A stretch of DNA of 64,000 nt from Malacoraja senta. Lineage: Eukaryota. The position numbers and the translations under genes were made by a program. Position 1 is the stretch's first letter; the number at the start of each line of letters is the position of its first letter. Below, one piece after another: positions 62,846-64,000 of this stretch. The notes below the pieces were generated by a model. It was not told the origin of the DNA. It made no database searches and saw nothing but the letters and a program-made list of their open reading frames with translations. Where the stretch lies: NCBI GenBank assembly GCA_038087875.1, contig CM075988.1, positions 8,434,001 to 8,498,000 on the forward strand. Direction: 5' to 3'.

Positions 62846-63621
62846 TGGGCCTGTCCCACGTAGGCGACTTTTTAGGGGACTGCAGGAGACTATGCAGTCG
62901 CCACATGTTCGCGGGTGGTTGCCCGGGAGTCGCCTTCATGGTCGTGAGGAATTCCTGCATTCTGGGAACTGGTCGCAGCCTCATTATGGTCGCCGCAAAT
63001 TTTTCAACATGTTGAAAAATTAGCGGGGACCAGCATGAAGCCGCCATGGAGAGTCGCGAGATTTCTCGTGCCGTAGGTGGGTCGCCAGGAGGTCGAAGGT
63101 TCTCGTAGGTTGTAGCCGGTGCTGACCGGTGAATTTCATTGGCTCATTGGGAAATAAATATGTAAGCAGTAGTTTTCAGAACCAAGGATAACCGACCGGT
63201 AATGTTAAATGTCCGACGAGGTTCATAGCCGTTTATCTCTGGCTTCTTAAAAGACACCCCCCCCTTCTGCCCCCTTTTCCCCCACTCCTTCCCCCTTCTG
63301 CCCCCTCTCCCCCCTTCTTTTAAAGGACTTACCGTACACTGTGCTTTAGCTGTACGGTACTCTTAATTACAGCGCCAACTTCCTGTTCATCGCGGTGTGT
63401 GTCTGTATCACCTTGGCTTTGAACCGTGTGAATTTCACTCAGACAGCGCTCCCCCCGCTTGCTGTGTCCCCCGCCTGCATAACGAGCTGGTGAAGGAAGC
63501 GATGTGTGTGTGTGTTCCAATCTGACAGTCTCCGTTCCAGTTGCCGGTTTATCAGGCAACTGCCGTCAACTTGACAGTCGCTGGCAGTCGCCTGAAAAAT
63601 CGCCGAAGTGGGACAGGGCCA
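62846..63621. mobile_element. PIF/Harbinger-type non-autonomous element (776 bp) inserted in a PLE pLTR
   Basis: TIR TGGGCCTGTCCCAC; TAA TSD; removing it restores the host repeat consensus TGCTGGAGTAA|CTCAGC. Confidence 0.9.
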
Positions 63622-64000
63622 TAACTCAGCAGGCCAGGCAGCATCTCTGGAGGGAATGGATAGGCAATGTTTTGGGTCAGTCTGAAGAAGGATCCCGACC
63701 CAAAATGTCACCTATCCATTCCCTCCCCAAATGCTGTTTGACCCACCAAGTTACTCCAGCACTTTGTAGTTTTGCTCAGGATTTCGACACCTGCAGTTCC
63801 TGCAAAACGATGAGGACACTCAACAGATCAGACTGCATCTGTGAAGCTAGAAAAAAATAGTTAACAATTCAGGTGACCAACCTTTCATCAGAACAGACAC
63901 ACTATGGTGCCTGACCTGCTAAGTATTCCCAGCAAAGATTGACACAAAAAGCTGGAGTAACTCCGCGGAACAGGCAGCATCTCTGGAGAGAAGGAATGTG

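Overview
This is repeat-dominated, non-coding vertebrate DNA. The repeat repertoire (HE1/V-SINE-type SINEs, HER1/CR1 LINEs, a SacSINE1-like DeuSINE) points to a cartilaginous fish, probably a skate or ray; this is inference. I could not support any host protein-coding exon, and every recognisable ORF is transposon-derived. Retroelement content: two CR1 ORF2 pseudogenes, Rex1/Babar 3' fragments, about 25 tRNA-derived SINEs, and more than 30 Penelope-like (PLE) fragments, including a ~970-bp palindromic GIY-YIG insertion. DNA transposon content: a full-length Tc1 (DD34E) element, five PIF/Harbinger-type MITEs, a hAT MITE and a non-autonomous Helitron. There is also a 22-bp minisatellite and a 200-N gap. 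The most interesting signals are two predicted ribozyme classes inside small mobile elements. (1) A ~140-bp TSD-flanked retroposon (two copies, 4291-4436 and 45852-45990) whose first ~54 nt fold into a minimal HDV-like ribozyme, with the predicted cleavage site at the 5' boundary of the insertion. (2) Minimal hammerhead motifs (CTGANGA-A-stemII-GAAACGTY) in very short PLE-derived units, several flanked by 13-15-bp TSDs. All RNA structures were folded by eye and are untested. Coordinates of old repeats are approximate.
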